Shown: positions 52,046 through 61,514 of the stretch, in pieces
Layout: every line of letters begins with the position of its first letter
Numbering within the stretch: position 1 is the first letter of the stretch
From: Thermoplasmata archaeon
GTDB lineage: Archaea > Thermoplasmatota > Thermoplasmata > RBG-16-68-12
Assembly (NCBI GenBank): GCA_035557795.1
Contig: DATMDM010000098.1
Location: 1 to 62,689, forward strand
DNA length: 62,689 bases
Direction of reading: 5' to 3'
Position numbers and translations under genes: made by a program
The notes under the pieces: model-generated
The model's database searches: none
Told to the model about the DNA's origin: nothing
Seen by the model: the letters and a program-made list of their open reading frames with translations, nothing else

Positions 52046-53608
52046 TCAGTGCGGCTTGACCATGTACGGCGCTCGCAGCTCGTAGCCGAGGTTGCGATAG
52101 TAACCGCGGACGCCGACTCCGGCGGTGACACGGACGGCGCGGGCATCGAATCCCTCCCGAGCCAGGCGCTCGCACTCGTGCATGAGCCGACGACCGAACC
52201 CGCGATGTTGCCAGCGGTCGTGCGCCGCCTCATGGATCCTCACCATGGGACCGAACACCTTCAGCTCCCGCACCGTCGCTCCGGCCGTGTCGATTCGAAG
52301 ACGCGCGTACGCGACGAGCACGTCGAGCCCGGGGTCCTCGATGCTGAGGAATACCTCGTGCCCTCCGGAGGACTCGTAGTCGCAACGCACCAAGGTCAGG
52401 GCTTCCGGACGTGGCTCGATGTCGCGGAATCCGACTTCGCGGCACCGGACGCACACGCACTTCAGGCCGTTCGCACGAAGTCGTTCCCGTGCGAGGAGGC
52501 GGAGGTCCCCCTTCTTCGGTCCATCTTGGATTTCCGGCGCACCGATCTCGCGCTGCACGCGCTGGATCCGGCACCACCGCGGGACGATCGCCTTCACGCG
52601 GGCGATCAGGTCGACGGCCTCCTCCGTCGTGAGCGGCGTGTAGCGGCCGGATTTCCACAGTCCGTAAAGGGCGGTCCCGGGCAGGACGAGCGTCGGGTAG
52701 ATCTTGAGGAAGTCCGGGCGGTAGTCCGGATCGTCGAACAACGTCCGGAACGACTCGAAGTCGCGGTCGCAGTCCGATCCCGGGAGACCCGGCATCATGT
52801 GTGCGCCGACCTTCAACCCGGCGGCCTTCGCGCGGCCCATCGCGGCGCGGCTCTGGGAATCCGTGTGGCCGCGGTGCACGGCCTCGAGAACATCGTCGTG
52901 GGTCGACTGGATCCCCAGCTCCACGCGCGTGGTGCCGAGCGCGAGGCATGCGTCGACCTCCGACCCGAGGAAACAGTCGGGTTTCGTCTCGATCGTCAGG
53001 CCGATGCATCGGGCCGCGGCGGTCTCGTTCGCCGCCTGGGCCGCGACGATCGAATGCGAGACGAAGCCGTTCATGGCGTCGAGGCAGCCCTTTACAAACG
53101 ACTCCTGGTAGTCGCGGTCGAGAGATGTGAAGGTGCCTCCGAGCACAATCAAGTCGATCTTGTCGGTCGGATGTCCGATTTCCTGGAGGGACCGGAGACG
53201 TGCGACGATCTGTGATCCGGGATCGTAGCGGTGGGCCGACGCGCGTCGCGCCGCGGGTTCTGTGCCGAGGTACGACTGCGGCGTCCCCATCCTCGGCCCT
53301 CCGGGACAGAAGGTGCACACACCGTGGGGGCACGCATGGGGCGCGGTCATGACCGTCACGACGGCGACGCCGCTCGCGGTGCGGGCGGGTTTGACTCGTA
53401 GAAGGTCCACCAATTCTTCACGGCACGCGGGAGGCAGCCGACCGAGGACATCTGAGTCGCTCGGAATCCCCACGAGGCCGTGGGACCGCGCGACGCGGCG
53501 CTTCAATTGTTGGAGCTCATCCTTCGATCTGGGCACGCGCTCTCTTAGTTCGGCGAGGAAGGCCGCGAGGAACGAATCCTCTGGAGAAGGAGTCAGTGCT
53601 AAGGCCAA
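52046..53608 (-). CDS. elp3: Elp3-type radical SAM plus GNAT tRNA modification enzyme
   Basis: Radical SAM cluster motif CPHGVCTFCPGG and a C-terminal GNAT pattern (WQHRGFGRRLMHECERLA). The start is uncertain; TTG 53608 was chosen because the upstream gene ends at 53658. Confidence 0.9.
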   Translation of the reverse strand: MALALTPSPEDSFLAAFLAELRERVPRSKDELQQLKRRVARSHGLVGIPSDSDVLGRLPPACREELVDLLRVKPARTASGVAVVTVMTAPHACPHGVCTFCPGGPRMGTPQSYLGTEPAARRASAHRYDPGSQIVARLRSLQEIGHPTDKIDLIVLGGTFTSLDRDYQESFVKGCLDAMNGFVSHSIVAAQAANETAAARCIGLTIETKPDCFLGSEVDACLALGTTRVELGIQSTHDDVLEAVHRGHTDSQSRAAMGRAKAAGLKVGAHMMPGLPGSDCDRDFESFRTLFDDPDYRPDFLKIYPTLVLPGTALYGLWKSGRYTPLTTEEAVDLIARVKAIVPRWCRIQRVQREIGAPEIQDGPKKGDLRLLARERLRANGLKCVCVRCREVGFRDIEPRPEALTLVRCDYESSGGHEVFLSIEDPGLDVLVAYARLRIDTAGATVRELKVFGPMVRIHEAAHDRWQHRGFGRRLMHECERLAREGFDARAVRVTAGVGVRGYYRNLGYELRAPYMVKPH

Positions 53609-53657
53609 CGCTTCGGCCTCCCGAGACCTCCGCCATCGTGATCGGGAGCGGCGAGAA

Positions 53658-54191
53658 TCAGCCGGTCTCCTCCTTCCGGGTTGCGTGCGCGGGAACCATC
53701 CGCTCCCGCCGACCGAACAGGTCCGTCGACTGTGCAAAGCCGACCACGAGAGAGGCCAGACCCGCGAACGCGAGTGCGGTGCCTGCGATGACCCCGGTAT
53801 CGAGGACCGGAGTCTGCGCCAACACGCCGATCGGGTTGAACGCCGCGCTGAGCCAATCGAGGAAGAGCGCGAACTCCAACACGCCGAGGGTGCCGACCCC
53901 CGCCACGCCGAACGCGAGCCCTCGGATCCCGGCGTTGGACGCGCCCGCGGCGAGGTTCGCCCGCCAGAGCGCCGCGACCAAGCCGCCGAAGAAGAGGAGC
54001 TGGCCGAGACCGGACGTCAGCGCCAGGACCTCCCTCACCTCCGAGAGGGGGAGGACGACGATCTCGGCGACGCGTGCGGGATAGAGTCGCAGCAACTGCG
54101 ATGCGAGGTACAGCCATACCCCGAGGAATGCGAAGAACAGCCAGCCCCGGGGCGATCGGAGGCCCGTCCGCCCGATGCGAGGAGAAGCCAT
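53658..54191 (-). CDS. Hypothetical multi-pass membrane protein
   Basis: 177 aa with 4-5 hydrophobic segments. Confidence 0.55.
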   Translation of the reverse strand: MASPRIGRTGLRSPRGWLFFAFLGVWLYLASQLLRLYPARVAEIVVLPLSEVREVLALTSGLGQLLFFGGLVAALWRANLAAGASNAGIRGLAFGVAGVGTLGVLEFALFLDWLSAAFNPIGVLAQTPVLDTGVIAGTALAFAGLASLVVGFAQSTDLFGRRERMVPAHATRKEETG

Positions 54192-54242
54192 GCGGCCGTC
54201 ATCCTCCTACCCGGGCAAGAACCTTGGCCTCGCCGAATGCGA

Positions 54243-54527
54243 TCAGCCGTACATCGTGCCGTGCTTCTCGACTTTCGGCGCATCCCCTGGCACTTGTTCC
54301 AGGATGTCGACCGCGAGCACGACATGCAACGGAATCAGGCGCAGCTTTCCTTTGAGCTCCTGATGGCTCTCATCGAGCTCCACGACGATTGCGTCGTCCG
54401 TCCCGATCGTCGCGTATCCGCGGAAAATGCCCTTCGTGACCTTGGTGCGGTCCCGCGTCTCCATGGACTCGATCCGGTACCGGGAACCTTTCGTGAGCGA
54501 GACGATCTCGTCGGCCAACTCTGTCAC
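54243..54527 (-). CDS. Small hypothetical protein
   Basis: 94 aa. The start overlaps the upstream regulator stop by 4 nt. Confidence 0.5.
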   Translation of the reverse strand: MTELADEIVSLTKGSRYRIESMETRDRTKVTKGIFRGYATIGTDDAIVVELDESHQELKGKLRLIPLHVVLAVDILEQVPGDAPKVEKHGTMYG

Positions 54528-54958
54528 CTCCGTTGCTCCGCAAGTTTCTCGAGATGGTCGACCGTCTTGCGGTAGTTCTCCATCGCGATCTCCACGTTCG
54601 ATTCGACGAAATTCCAGGCCTTCGAGAGATTCCCGTATCGGATGCGGTACCCTTTCCGGACCGAGCTACGCTCCGTGACGTTCACCTCGTCCAGCAGGTC
54701 CATCTCCTTCAACTTGTTGATGTGCCGATAGATCGTCGCCTTCGTCGTCTTCAACTTCGCGGCGAGCTGCTCGACCGTCCAACCCTTGTCGAGCCGGCCG
54801 AGCAGGCATTCGACGAACAACCGGTACGGGACGGAATCCCGCACGGAGCTCGCGTCGGTCTTCGGATCATACCCCTTCGGGATGTATCCGATTTGCGTGA
54901 GGAACAGGAGCGCGACATCGTCGATGTCCTTCAGCGGCGTGAGGGGGGTGTTGCTCAC
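54524..54958 (-). CDS. Winged-helix transcriptional regulator
   Basis: WTVEQLAAKLKTTKATIYRHINKLKEMDLLDE is an HTH pattern. Confidence 0.7.
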   Translation of the reverse strand: MSNTPLTPLKDIDDVALLFLTQIGYIPKGYDPKTDASSVRDSVPYRLFVECLLGRLDKGWTVEQLAAKLKTTKATIYRHINKLKEMDLLDEVNVTERSSVRKGYRIRYGNLSKAWNFVESNVEIAMENYRKTVDHLEKLAEQRR

Positions 54959-55063
54959 GATGACGATTTCGAACGGCAGTCGGAACCCCTTCGCCTCGGT
55001 ATCGGGGAGGCATAGTTAAGGCTTCCCATTGAATATTATGCAAGATTGTGATAATAATAATGC

Positions 55064-55894
55064 TCAGACATCGACAATTCCGCTATAGGTGTCGATGCGA
55101 AGCCCACGCGTCCGGAGCTCTCGGACGAGCGCGTTGATGCCGATGCTGTCCGAAGCCACGTGCCCCGTGACCACGAGGTTCTTCGAACCCTCTCGCCCGA
55201 AGAGTTCCCACAACCGGCGGAGGGCCCCCGCATCAATGTGGATATAGAAAACCGTGTCGATGCCGTGCTCGAAGGCCACTCGGGCGACGGGTAGCCCTCC
55301 GTTCGTCCCCGCGCCGTGGTGGACCGCCCATTTTCCGAGCGAATTATCGATCTTCCCCATGCGGACCGCGATACGCGTCTTCGCCGCCTGGAATTCCGGG
55401 ATCGTGTAGAGCGTGTCGATCGCATCGCGCACTCGCGGATTCGGTTTCAACTTGGTGCGGAGCGTCTCGTCCATCACGCGTCGCCCGATCTCATCGCACG
55501 GGTTGTGGATGCACATCAGGCCGATCCCGATCAGACGCGCGATCGACGGGAGTCGGTCGTAATTCTCCGCATGGGCTCGCTGCTCTCGGTCCTCTTGCAT
55601 CTCCCGGACCGCGGCATCCGCGACGGGCCGAGGCACTCCATGGCGGGCAAGGATGTCCGCATGCTTCACGAGGACCTTGGGGAAGTCCAGGGCCGCAGAT
55701 CCCCCCGTCGGATGGTGGGCGATCACGACGTCGTACCCCTTTTCCTTCGCCATCAAGAGATCCGCGGCTTCGACGTCGATGCCGAACAAGGCCCGGCGCA
55801 CGTTCTTGGCGGGCACGTTGATCGTCGTGTCGGAGGGAATCTCGGACTGATTCGCGAGTCGGAGGGCCGCGTCCAAGATGTCCTGGGTATCCAT
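55064..55894 (-). CDS. NIF3-family (YbgI-like dinuclear metal centre) protein
   Basis: ALFGIDVEAADLLMAKEKGYDVVIAHHP and a C-terminal GHVASD pattern. Confidence 0.75.
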   Translation of the reverse strand: MDTQDILDAALRLANQSEIPSDTTINVPAKNVRRALFGIDVEAADLLMAKEKGYDVVIAHHPTGGSAALDFPKVLVKHADILARHGVPRPVADAAVREMQEDREQRAHAENYDRLPSIARLIGIGLMCIHNPCDEIGRRVMDETLRTKLKPNPRVRDAIDTLYTIPEFQAAKTRIAVRMGKIDNSLGKWAVHHGAGTNGGLPVARVAFEHGIDTVFYIHIDAGALRRLWELFGREGSKNLVVTGHVASDSIGINALVRELRTRGLRIDTYSGIVDV

Positions 55895-56043
55895 CGACCG
55901 CGGGAGCGACTGGGACGAGATAAGGCCTTCCGCATCCCGGCCCTTTGCGGACGCCGGCCAAAGGCTTTTCGTCTCCTGGTCGATGCGGTGCGGGGGAAGG
56001 ACTCATCCCTGACGTCTCGCCCAGGGAAATCGCCCGCGCGGGG

Positions 56044-56310
56044 GTGCTTGTGCGAATCCCGCCGGCCCTACGTTCCTACACGGACGGCCAGGACGAAGTC
56101 GTCCTGGAGGCGTCGGACGTCGCCGCGATGCTGCGCGCCCTCGATGTGAACTTCCCGGGAATCCGGGATCGCGTCGTCGACGAGGCGGGCCGGCGCCGGC
56201 CGTACGTGAACGTGTTCGTGAACGAGGAATTGATCGGAGCGTCGCTGCCGGAATCGAAACTGAATCCGGGAGACGTCGTCCACATCCTCCCCAGCGTCGC
56301 CGGTGGTTGA
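56044..56310 (+). CDS. MoaD/ThiS-family ubiquitin-like protein (SAMP-like), C-terminal GG
   Basis: GTG start at 56044 or 56050. VRIPPALRSYTDG...VFVNEELI...PGDVVHILPSVAGG-stop. Confidence 0.75.
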   Translation: MLVRIPPALRSYTDGQDEVVLEASDVAAMLRALDVNFPGIRDRVVDEAGRRRPYVNVFVNEELIGASLPESKLNPGDVVHILPSVAGG

Positions 56311-56311
56311 C

Positions 56312-57415
56312 ATGGCTCGTTCCATCAAGAAAGGCAGCGTGGTCGTGGCGATCGGGACGAAGAAAGGCGGATTCCTCTTCCATTCTCCGGATCGAAAGAA
56401 ATGGTCGGTCGCGGGTCCTTTCATGGAGGGCGGGTCCGTCTATCACATGACGCTGGACCCGCGGGACGGTCGCACGGTCTACGCGTCCGCGCCGATGGGC
56501 AGCGAACCGTGGGGACCGGCGATCTACCGCGGCCTCGCCGGGGAGGAGCCGAAGGCGACGCGAGCGGCTCCGAAGTTCAAGGAGGGCTCCGACCTTAGCG
56601 TCTCCCGCATCTGGCACATCGAAGCGGGACCGTCGAAAGCGCCGGACACGATTTACGCCGGCGTGGAGCCCGCGGCATTGTTCCGCAGCGACGACCGCGG
56701 GGACACGTGGCACGACTTGGATGCGTTGAACTATCACCCGACGAGGAAAGAGTGGCAACCGGGCGGCGGGGGGCTGTGCCTCCACTCGGTGCTCGTCGAT
56801 CCGCGGAACCCGCGGCATCTCATCGTCGGGATCAGTGCGGTCGGCGCGTTCGAGACGCGAGATGGTGGGCGCAGCTGGACGACCGAGAACCGCGGCGTCC
56901 GGGCGGAATTCCTCCCGAACAAATACCCGGATTGGGGTCAGTGCGTGCACAAGCTCGCCTGGGATGCCTCCGGGGACGGCTCGATCTTCCAGCAGAACCA
57001 CTGCGGGACCTACCATCGCGGACCGGACGGCGGAGCGTGGACGGAAGTCACGAAGGGCCTGCCGTCCGATTTCGGATTTCCGATCGCCGCGCATCCGACG
57101 CAAAAGCACACCGCGTTCGTGGCCCCCTTGGTCGGCGCGGGGAACCGCGTCTTCCCGAAGGGACAAATGGCCGTCTGGAAGACAACGAACAGCGGCAAGG
57201 CGTGGCGCCGCTTGACGAAGGGTTTGCCCGGCCCGGGCGCCTACCTCGGGGTGCTCCGAGAGGGAATGGCCGTCGATGAGGCCGATCCGATCGGCGTCTA
57301 CGTCGGGACGAACACGGGGCAACTCTTTGCGAGCCGCGACGAAGGCGAATCGTGGAAGATGATCAGCGACTTTCTGCCGCCCATCTTCTCCGTGACCGCC
57401 GGGATCGCACAGTAG
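56312..57415 (+). CDS. BNR/Ycf48-like beta-propeller protein
   Basis: The ATG at 56312 lies 1 nt after the SAMP-like stop, with a GGTGG RBS inside the GG codons. Motifs SDDRGDTW, TRDGGRSW, TNSGKAW and SRDEGESW. Confidence 0.75.
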   Translation: MARSIKKGSVVVAIGTKKGGFLFHSPDRKKWSVAGPFMEGGSVYHMTLDPRDGRTVYASAPMGSEPWGPAIYRGLAGEEPKATRAAPKFKEGSDLSVSRIWHIEAGPSKAPDTIYAGVEPAALFRSDDRGDTWHDLDALNYHPTRKEWQPGGGGLCLHSVLVDPRNPRHLIVGISAVGAFETRDGGRSWTTENRGVRAEFLPNKYPDWGQCVHKLAWDASGDGSIFQQNHCGTYHRGPDGGAWTEVTKGLPSDFGFPIAAHPTQKHTAFVAPLVGAGNRVFPKGQMAVWKTTNSGKAWRRLTKGLPGPGAYLGVLREGMAVDEADPIGVYVGTNTGQLFASRDEGESWKMISDFLPPIFSVTAGIAQ

Positions 57416-57503
57416 CCCGAAACGACGCGTGGAACGGGAGAAGCCGAAGGCCGAAAGTGGAAGGAGGCGGCGCGCCCGCGCCGCCTCGTGCTTGGTCCCG
57501 AAC

Positions 57504-57815
57504 TCAGAAGACGAAAATCAGGACCAGGACGGCCGCAAGCAGTTGCGCGATTCGCCAGACGGTCGTCGTCCAGGAATCGCCCGACGCCGCATACGCTCCG
57601 AGGAAGAGGGCCAGCGTCACGAAGAAGCCGCCGATGCCTCGGAGGATCAAGGCCGCCATGATGATCGACGTGGCCCCACCGCCGCCTCCGGCGACGGCGA
57701 GGATCGAGGTCGCGACGATCCCCGTCAGGAGCGCGAGCAGGCCGAACACCAAGACGGTCATGTGCTGGGCCGGCGACCGGCCGATGTCCCAGAGTCTCTC
57801 GCCCATTCCCGCCAT
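57504..57815 (-). CDS. Hypothetical 3-TM membrane protein
   Basis: 103 aa, hydrophobic, with a G-rich loop. Confidence 0.5.
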   Translation of the reverse strand: MAGMGERLWDIGRSPAQHMTVLVFGLLALLTGIVATSILAVAGGGGGATSIIMAALILRGIGGFFVTLALFLGAYAASGDSWTTTVWRIAQLLAAVLVLIFVF

Positions 57816-57824
57816 CGTGCCACC

Positions 57825-58187
57825 TCACCCGAAGATCGTGGGAGAGTTCGCGAGGACCAGCAGGAGGGCGACGAACGCGACGATCAGGAGGAACAGCCGG
57901 ACAAAGACATCCAGATCCTCCGCATAGACGGCAGCGGCGAAGAGACCGAGGACGAACAGGAAGATCCCGAAGTGGGCGACGAGCGGGCCCCAGACATTGG
58001 CCAGGTCCGCCCGGGCAAGCGCGGCGTCCGCCGGCTCGCCGGGTCTCGGTGCCGTTCGGCTCACGTCGACGAGGATCGCGCCGATCATGAGGAACAAGAG
58101 ACCTAGCGCGATGACCGCGGCAATCATGATCTTCTTTCGATCCATCATCATTGGCGCACTCATCATCGGGGGCGGTGGTTCACGCAT
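57825..58187 (-). CDS. Hypothetical membrane protein
   Basis: ATG 58187 (MREPPPPMMSAPMMMDRKK), then three hydrophobic helices. Lies 9 nt upstream of the previous gene. Confidence 0.5.
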   Translation of the reverse strand: MREPPPPMMSAPMMMDRKKIMIAAVIALGLLFLMIGAILVDVSRTAPRPGEPADAALARADLANVWGPLVAHFGIFLFVLGLFAAAVYAEDLDVFVRLFLLIVAFVALLLVLANSPTIFG

Positions 58188-58309
58188 CCAATCCCTACCT
58201 TGGAAGGAGCAGTTATGTTCTGATTTATATATATTACGCTGAATGAGCCGCTCATATAGGTTTCGCAAGATAGACCCGCCCCGGGAGGATCGAACGCACG
58301 ATCAACGGA

Positions 58310-59719
58310 TCAGAGCCCCAGCTTCCCCGGGTTGAGCGTCCCCGCGGAATCGAGCGCGGCCTTTACACGGCGCGCGACCTCAAGGCCCGTCCCGAGTTCG
58401 TCGGGCATGAGGTGCGCGAGCTTTACGCCGACGCCATGCACATATTCCATCGTCCCCCCGAGCGCGAGGGCGCGTCGGATGACCTCATCGACCGCGGTTG
58501 CGACCGACGCACGAGCGGCAGCACGGTCTTGACCCACGGATCGTAGGATTTCGAGGGAGACGAGCTCCGGTTGCGTCCAGACGCCGAACCCAATCGGCCG
58601 GACGCCGTGACGTCGCAGGATCGCGAGGCCGGACCGACGGTAGGCCAGGATCTTCGACCTCGGCAGCGCGACGTGGACGTAGTCGAAAATGAATTCCTTC
58701 AGGCGCACGTCCGCGCGCGTCACCCCCGGCGCGACCTCGTCATGCGCGTAGATGATGTCATGCCGAGTCCGCCAGTACTCCCGGGCTTCGCGGTCCGGGA
58801 GGGATTGTGCGGCGGCCGCGCGAAGACGACGACGAGCGATCCGCCAGGAGGCGGCGACGACCTCGCGGGATCCCGCGAAACCAAGATAGAGGATCGGCGG
58901 TCCGCCCTCGGATCGCCACGGCAGGGAAGGCCCGGGGAAGGTTTCTTCGAAATCCATCACCGCCGGAGCGAGGCCGTCGTCATAGATTCGAACGAGGCCA
59001 GCGAGCCCCCGCGGAAAATCACGAATCGCGAACGCATGAATCTCCTCCCGCTCCGGGATTGGGAACACGCGAAGGGTCGCCGAGGTCACGATGCCGAGCG
59101 TCCCCTCGGTTCCGATGAACAGCCGCTTCAGGTCGGGGCCGGTCGTGGATCGCACCGCGGGACGGGTGCGCACGATGGTCCCGTCCGCGAGGACGACCTC
59201 GAGCCCGAGGACCTGGTCCCCCATCGTCCCGCGGAGGTATCCTGCGTACCCGATCCCGTTCGTCCCGATTGCCCCTCCGAGGGTCGCGCGCGGGCGAGAC
59301 CAAGGATCGTGGCCCAGGGTGAGACGCCTCTTTCGCAGTCGGCGATCCAACGCCTCCAAGACGATGCCGACCTCCGCGGTAGCCCGGTTCGAGGCTCGGT
59401 CAATCGACAGGACTCGTCGCATCCGACGCATGTCGAGGACGATCGACTCGGCCGCCGGTCGGGCGCCACCCATCAAGCCGGTGCCGCCACCCCACGGCAC
59501 GATCGACAGGCCCGCGGCCGCCGCGAAGCGGACGACGATGGAGACATCTTCCGTCGAGCGAGGCCAGACGACGGCGGCGGGATCGACGCCGCCCTCCGGG
59601 AGGCGGGACCCGCGATGGGCTCGGAACGCATCCAGCCGGTATCGGGGTAGAATCGCGGAATCCGTTGCGATCTGGTCTGCCCCGAGACGCTCCGCGAGCT
59701 CCGAGAATCTCGCGCCCAC
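58310..59719 (-). CDS. FAD-linked oxidase (GlcD / D-lactate dehydrogenase family)
   Basis: FAD-binding PCMH pattern VVWPRSTEDVSIVVRFAAAAGLSIVPWGGGTGLMGG and a C-terminal oxidase domain. Confidence 0.85.
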   Translation of the reverse strand: MGARFSELAERLGADQIATDSAILPRYRLDAFRAHRGSRLPEGGVDPAAVVWPRSTEDVSIVVRFAAAAGLSIVPWGGGTGLMGGARPAAESIVLDMRRMRRVLSIDRASNRATAEVGIVLEALDRRLRKRRLTLGHDPWSRPRATLGGAIGTNGIGYAGYLRGTMGDQVLGLEVVLADGTIVRTRPAVRSTTGPDLKRLFIGTEGTLGIVTSATLRVFPIPEREEIHAFAIRDFPRGLAGLVRIYDDGLAPAVMDFEETFPGPSLPWRSEGGPPILYLGFAGSREVVAASWRIARRRLRAAAAQSLPDREAREYWRTRHDIIYAHDEVAPGVTRADVRLKEFIFDYVHVALPRSKILAYRRSGLAILRRHGVRPIGFGVWTQPELVSLEILRSVGQDRAAARASVATAVDEVIRRALALGGTMEYVHGVGVKLAHLMPDELGTGLEVARRVKAALDSAGTLNPGKLGL

Positions 59720-60173
59720 GCGGACGGCAACGCGGCGGCCCTATTCAACCCGCGCGGACGCATGCTCGAACGATGTAATGCAACGCGTATGCTTTGCGGC
59801 TCGGCATGGCATGCCGGTTGTGCGCGAGGCGCACAGGGAGCCGATAATCGGGGAGCCCCATGAGGTCTTCTTCATCGCACTCGAGGGTGTGGAGCTTCGT
59901 CCTCATGGATGACCGCGTCGCCGCTCATGGGGGAATTGAAAGCACATTCGGAGCCGTTCTCGCAAGTTATTATCGGGACCACTCCGGGCAACATTTTCGT
60001 GGGCCCTCCGGCACGTCCGAGACGTCGTCCGCTTTCTGGCCGACGCGCCCTCCATGGGCCCAGGATGCGCTATATTACGACGTCAAAATAGCTGTCTCGA
60101 CGTTCTTGTCAGACACTGATATGGGAAGGGAAACGCTTTTGACCCCTACGTGTATGGAGGAACGAGGTCAAAC

Positions 60174-60362
60174 ATGCCGTACACGTACCAGGGATGGACG
60201 CTGTACTCGCGAGACGTGAAACTGAAGAAGGGACCGAAAGTAACGATCTACTTCTTCAGCAAGCGGAAACCGAAAAGCGGCAAACCGATGGACGAAATGC
60301 CGAAGAACCGAAAGGTCGGCGTGAACAAGCGCACGGGCCTTCCGTTCTTGCGGAAAGGCTGA
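60174..60362 (+). CDS. Small basic hypothetical protein (62 aa)
   Basis: ATG 60174 preceded by GGAGG..GAGGT. MPYTYQGWTLYSRDVKLKKGPKVTIYFFSKRKPKSGKPMDEMPKNRKVGVNKRTGLPFLRKG. Confidence 0.5.
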   Translation: MPYTYQGWTLYSRDVKLKKGPKVTIYFFSKRKPKSGKPMDEMPKNRKVGVNKRTGLPFLRKG

Positions 60363-60534
60363 GTCCAATCTCGCGAACCCCACCCGCCGAGGCAAAATGG
60401 GGGAGGACCTCGGCCCCTTTCTCTTATTGAGTGGATTTTCGAGACTGGGTTCTGCATCGAGGCCGACGGCCCGTGCACAACCCCGGAGGCGCCGCTGCAA
60501 AGTATTTGACAACCGTTGCGTTCCACAACCCCAC

Positions 60535-60963
60535 ATGCCCGAAGGGACCGCGACGTTCGAGGTCCGTGCGCCGATCGAACGAGTGTGGGCGTTCGTGAGC
60601 GACATGCGGAAGATCGGAGGCTGCGTCCCCGGCGTTCAATCTGTCGAAATCCTGGACGAGACTCGCGCCCGCTGGAATCTGAAGGTGAAGATCGGGCCGC
60701 TGTCCCAGGAAATCGAGGTCCTCACCGAGACGCTCGAGCAGGTCCCGTTGAAGCACGGGATGTTCCGCGGGCAAGCAGAGAACATGGACATCACGGGCAC
60801 CATCGACCTCGCGCCGGACGGGAGATCGACGAAGGTGACCTACACGATGACCGTCCAGGCGAAGGGCCCGCTCGCGCGGATCATGGACAATTTCATGAAG
60901 ACACGTCTAAAAGGGCAGACGGAAGAGTTCGCGACGAACGTCAAGAAGTCCCTCGAAGGGTGA
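60535..60963 (+). CDS. SRPBCC-fold protein (CoxG-like)
   Basis: ATG 60535. FEVRAPIERVWAFVSDMRKIGGCVPGVQSVEILDE...W.LKVKIGP is a CoxG-like pattern. Confidence 0.7.
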   Translation: MPEGTATFEVRAPIERVWAFVSDMRKIGGCVPGVQSVEILDETRARWNLKVKIGPLSQEIEVLTETLEQVPLKHGMFRGQAENMDITGTIDLAPDGRSTKVTYTMTVQAKGPLARIMDNFMKTRLKGQTEEFATNVKKSLEG

Positions 60964-61061
60964 CGCCCACCCCCGTGGGTCGTGCCTATCTCTCGCTCAA
61001 TGGTGATAACGGGAGCCTAGGGCTTTTAGAGAGGCGAGCGCGAATCGGCCGCGTGGCATCG

Positions 61062-61514
61062 ATGGGACCGCCCAACGGAGGTTCTCCGGCACCCCGTCCC
61101 CGACTCATAGCCGAAGACCTCCTGCTGTACGACTCGGACGGGCAGTCTCTCCTCGACGATCACGCGCTCCGGATTCTCATCGCGCTTCACCAAGAGAGCC
61201 TCACGGCGCAGGAGATTTCGACCCGGTACCGCGTGCCGATCGCTGCGTGCTACCGCCGCATCCGACGCCTCGCCTCGTTGGCCCTGATTTCCGAAGCGGG
61301 ATTCGTCACGGAGGGCCGTCGGAGGCCCGCGCGCCTCTACAAGTCGGAAGTCGACCGGTTCCAGATCATGTACGGCAACGGGAAGATGCACCTTCACCTG
61401 CTCCTGCGAAACGGGACCGAGGCGAAGACCGTCGTCGGCGTCCCACCCGACGCGGGGGTCAGTGAAAGAGCGCCTCCACCCCCGCACGAAGTCGGGGAAT
61501 ATCCGTCCGCATGA
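61062..61514 (+). CDS. Winged-helix (ArsR-like) transcriptional regulator
   Basis: ATG 61062. ALRILIALHQESLTAQEISTRYRVPIAACYRRIRRLASLALI. The 3' end overlaps the convergent SIS gene by 56 nt. Confidence 0.6.
   Translation: MGPPNGGSPAPRPRLIAEDLLLYDSDGQSLLDDHALRILIALHQESLTAQEISTRYRVPIAACYRRIRRLASLALISEAGFVTEGRRRPARLYKSEVDRFQIMYGNGKMHLHLLLRNGTEAKTVVGVPPDAGVSERAPPPPHEVGEYPSA

Noticed and set aside
59860-60219. 119-aa ORF upstream of the small basic protein gene
   Set aside because: No RBS, no motif and an odd composition. It overlaps the better-supported 62-aa gene, which has a GGAGG RBS. The region is more likely the promoter/leader of the divergent GlcD-like gene and the small gene.
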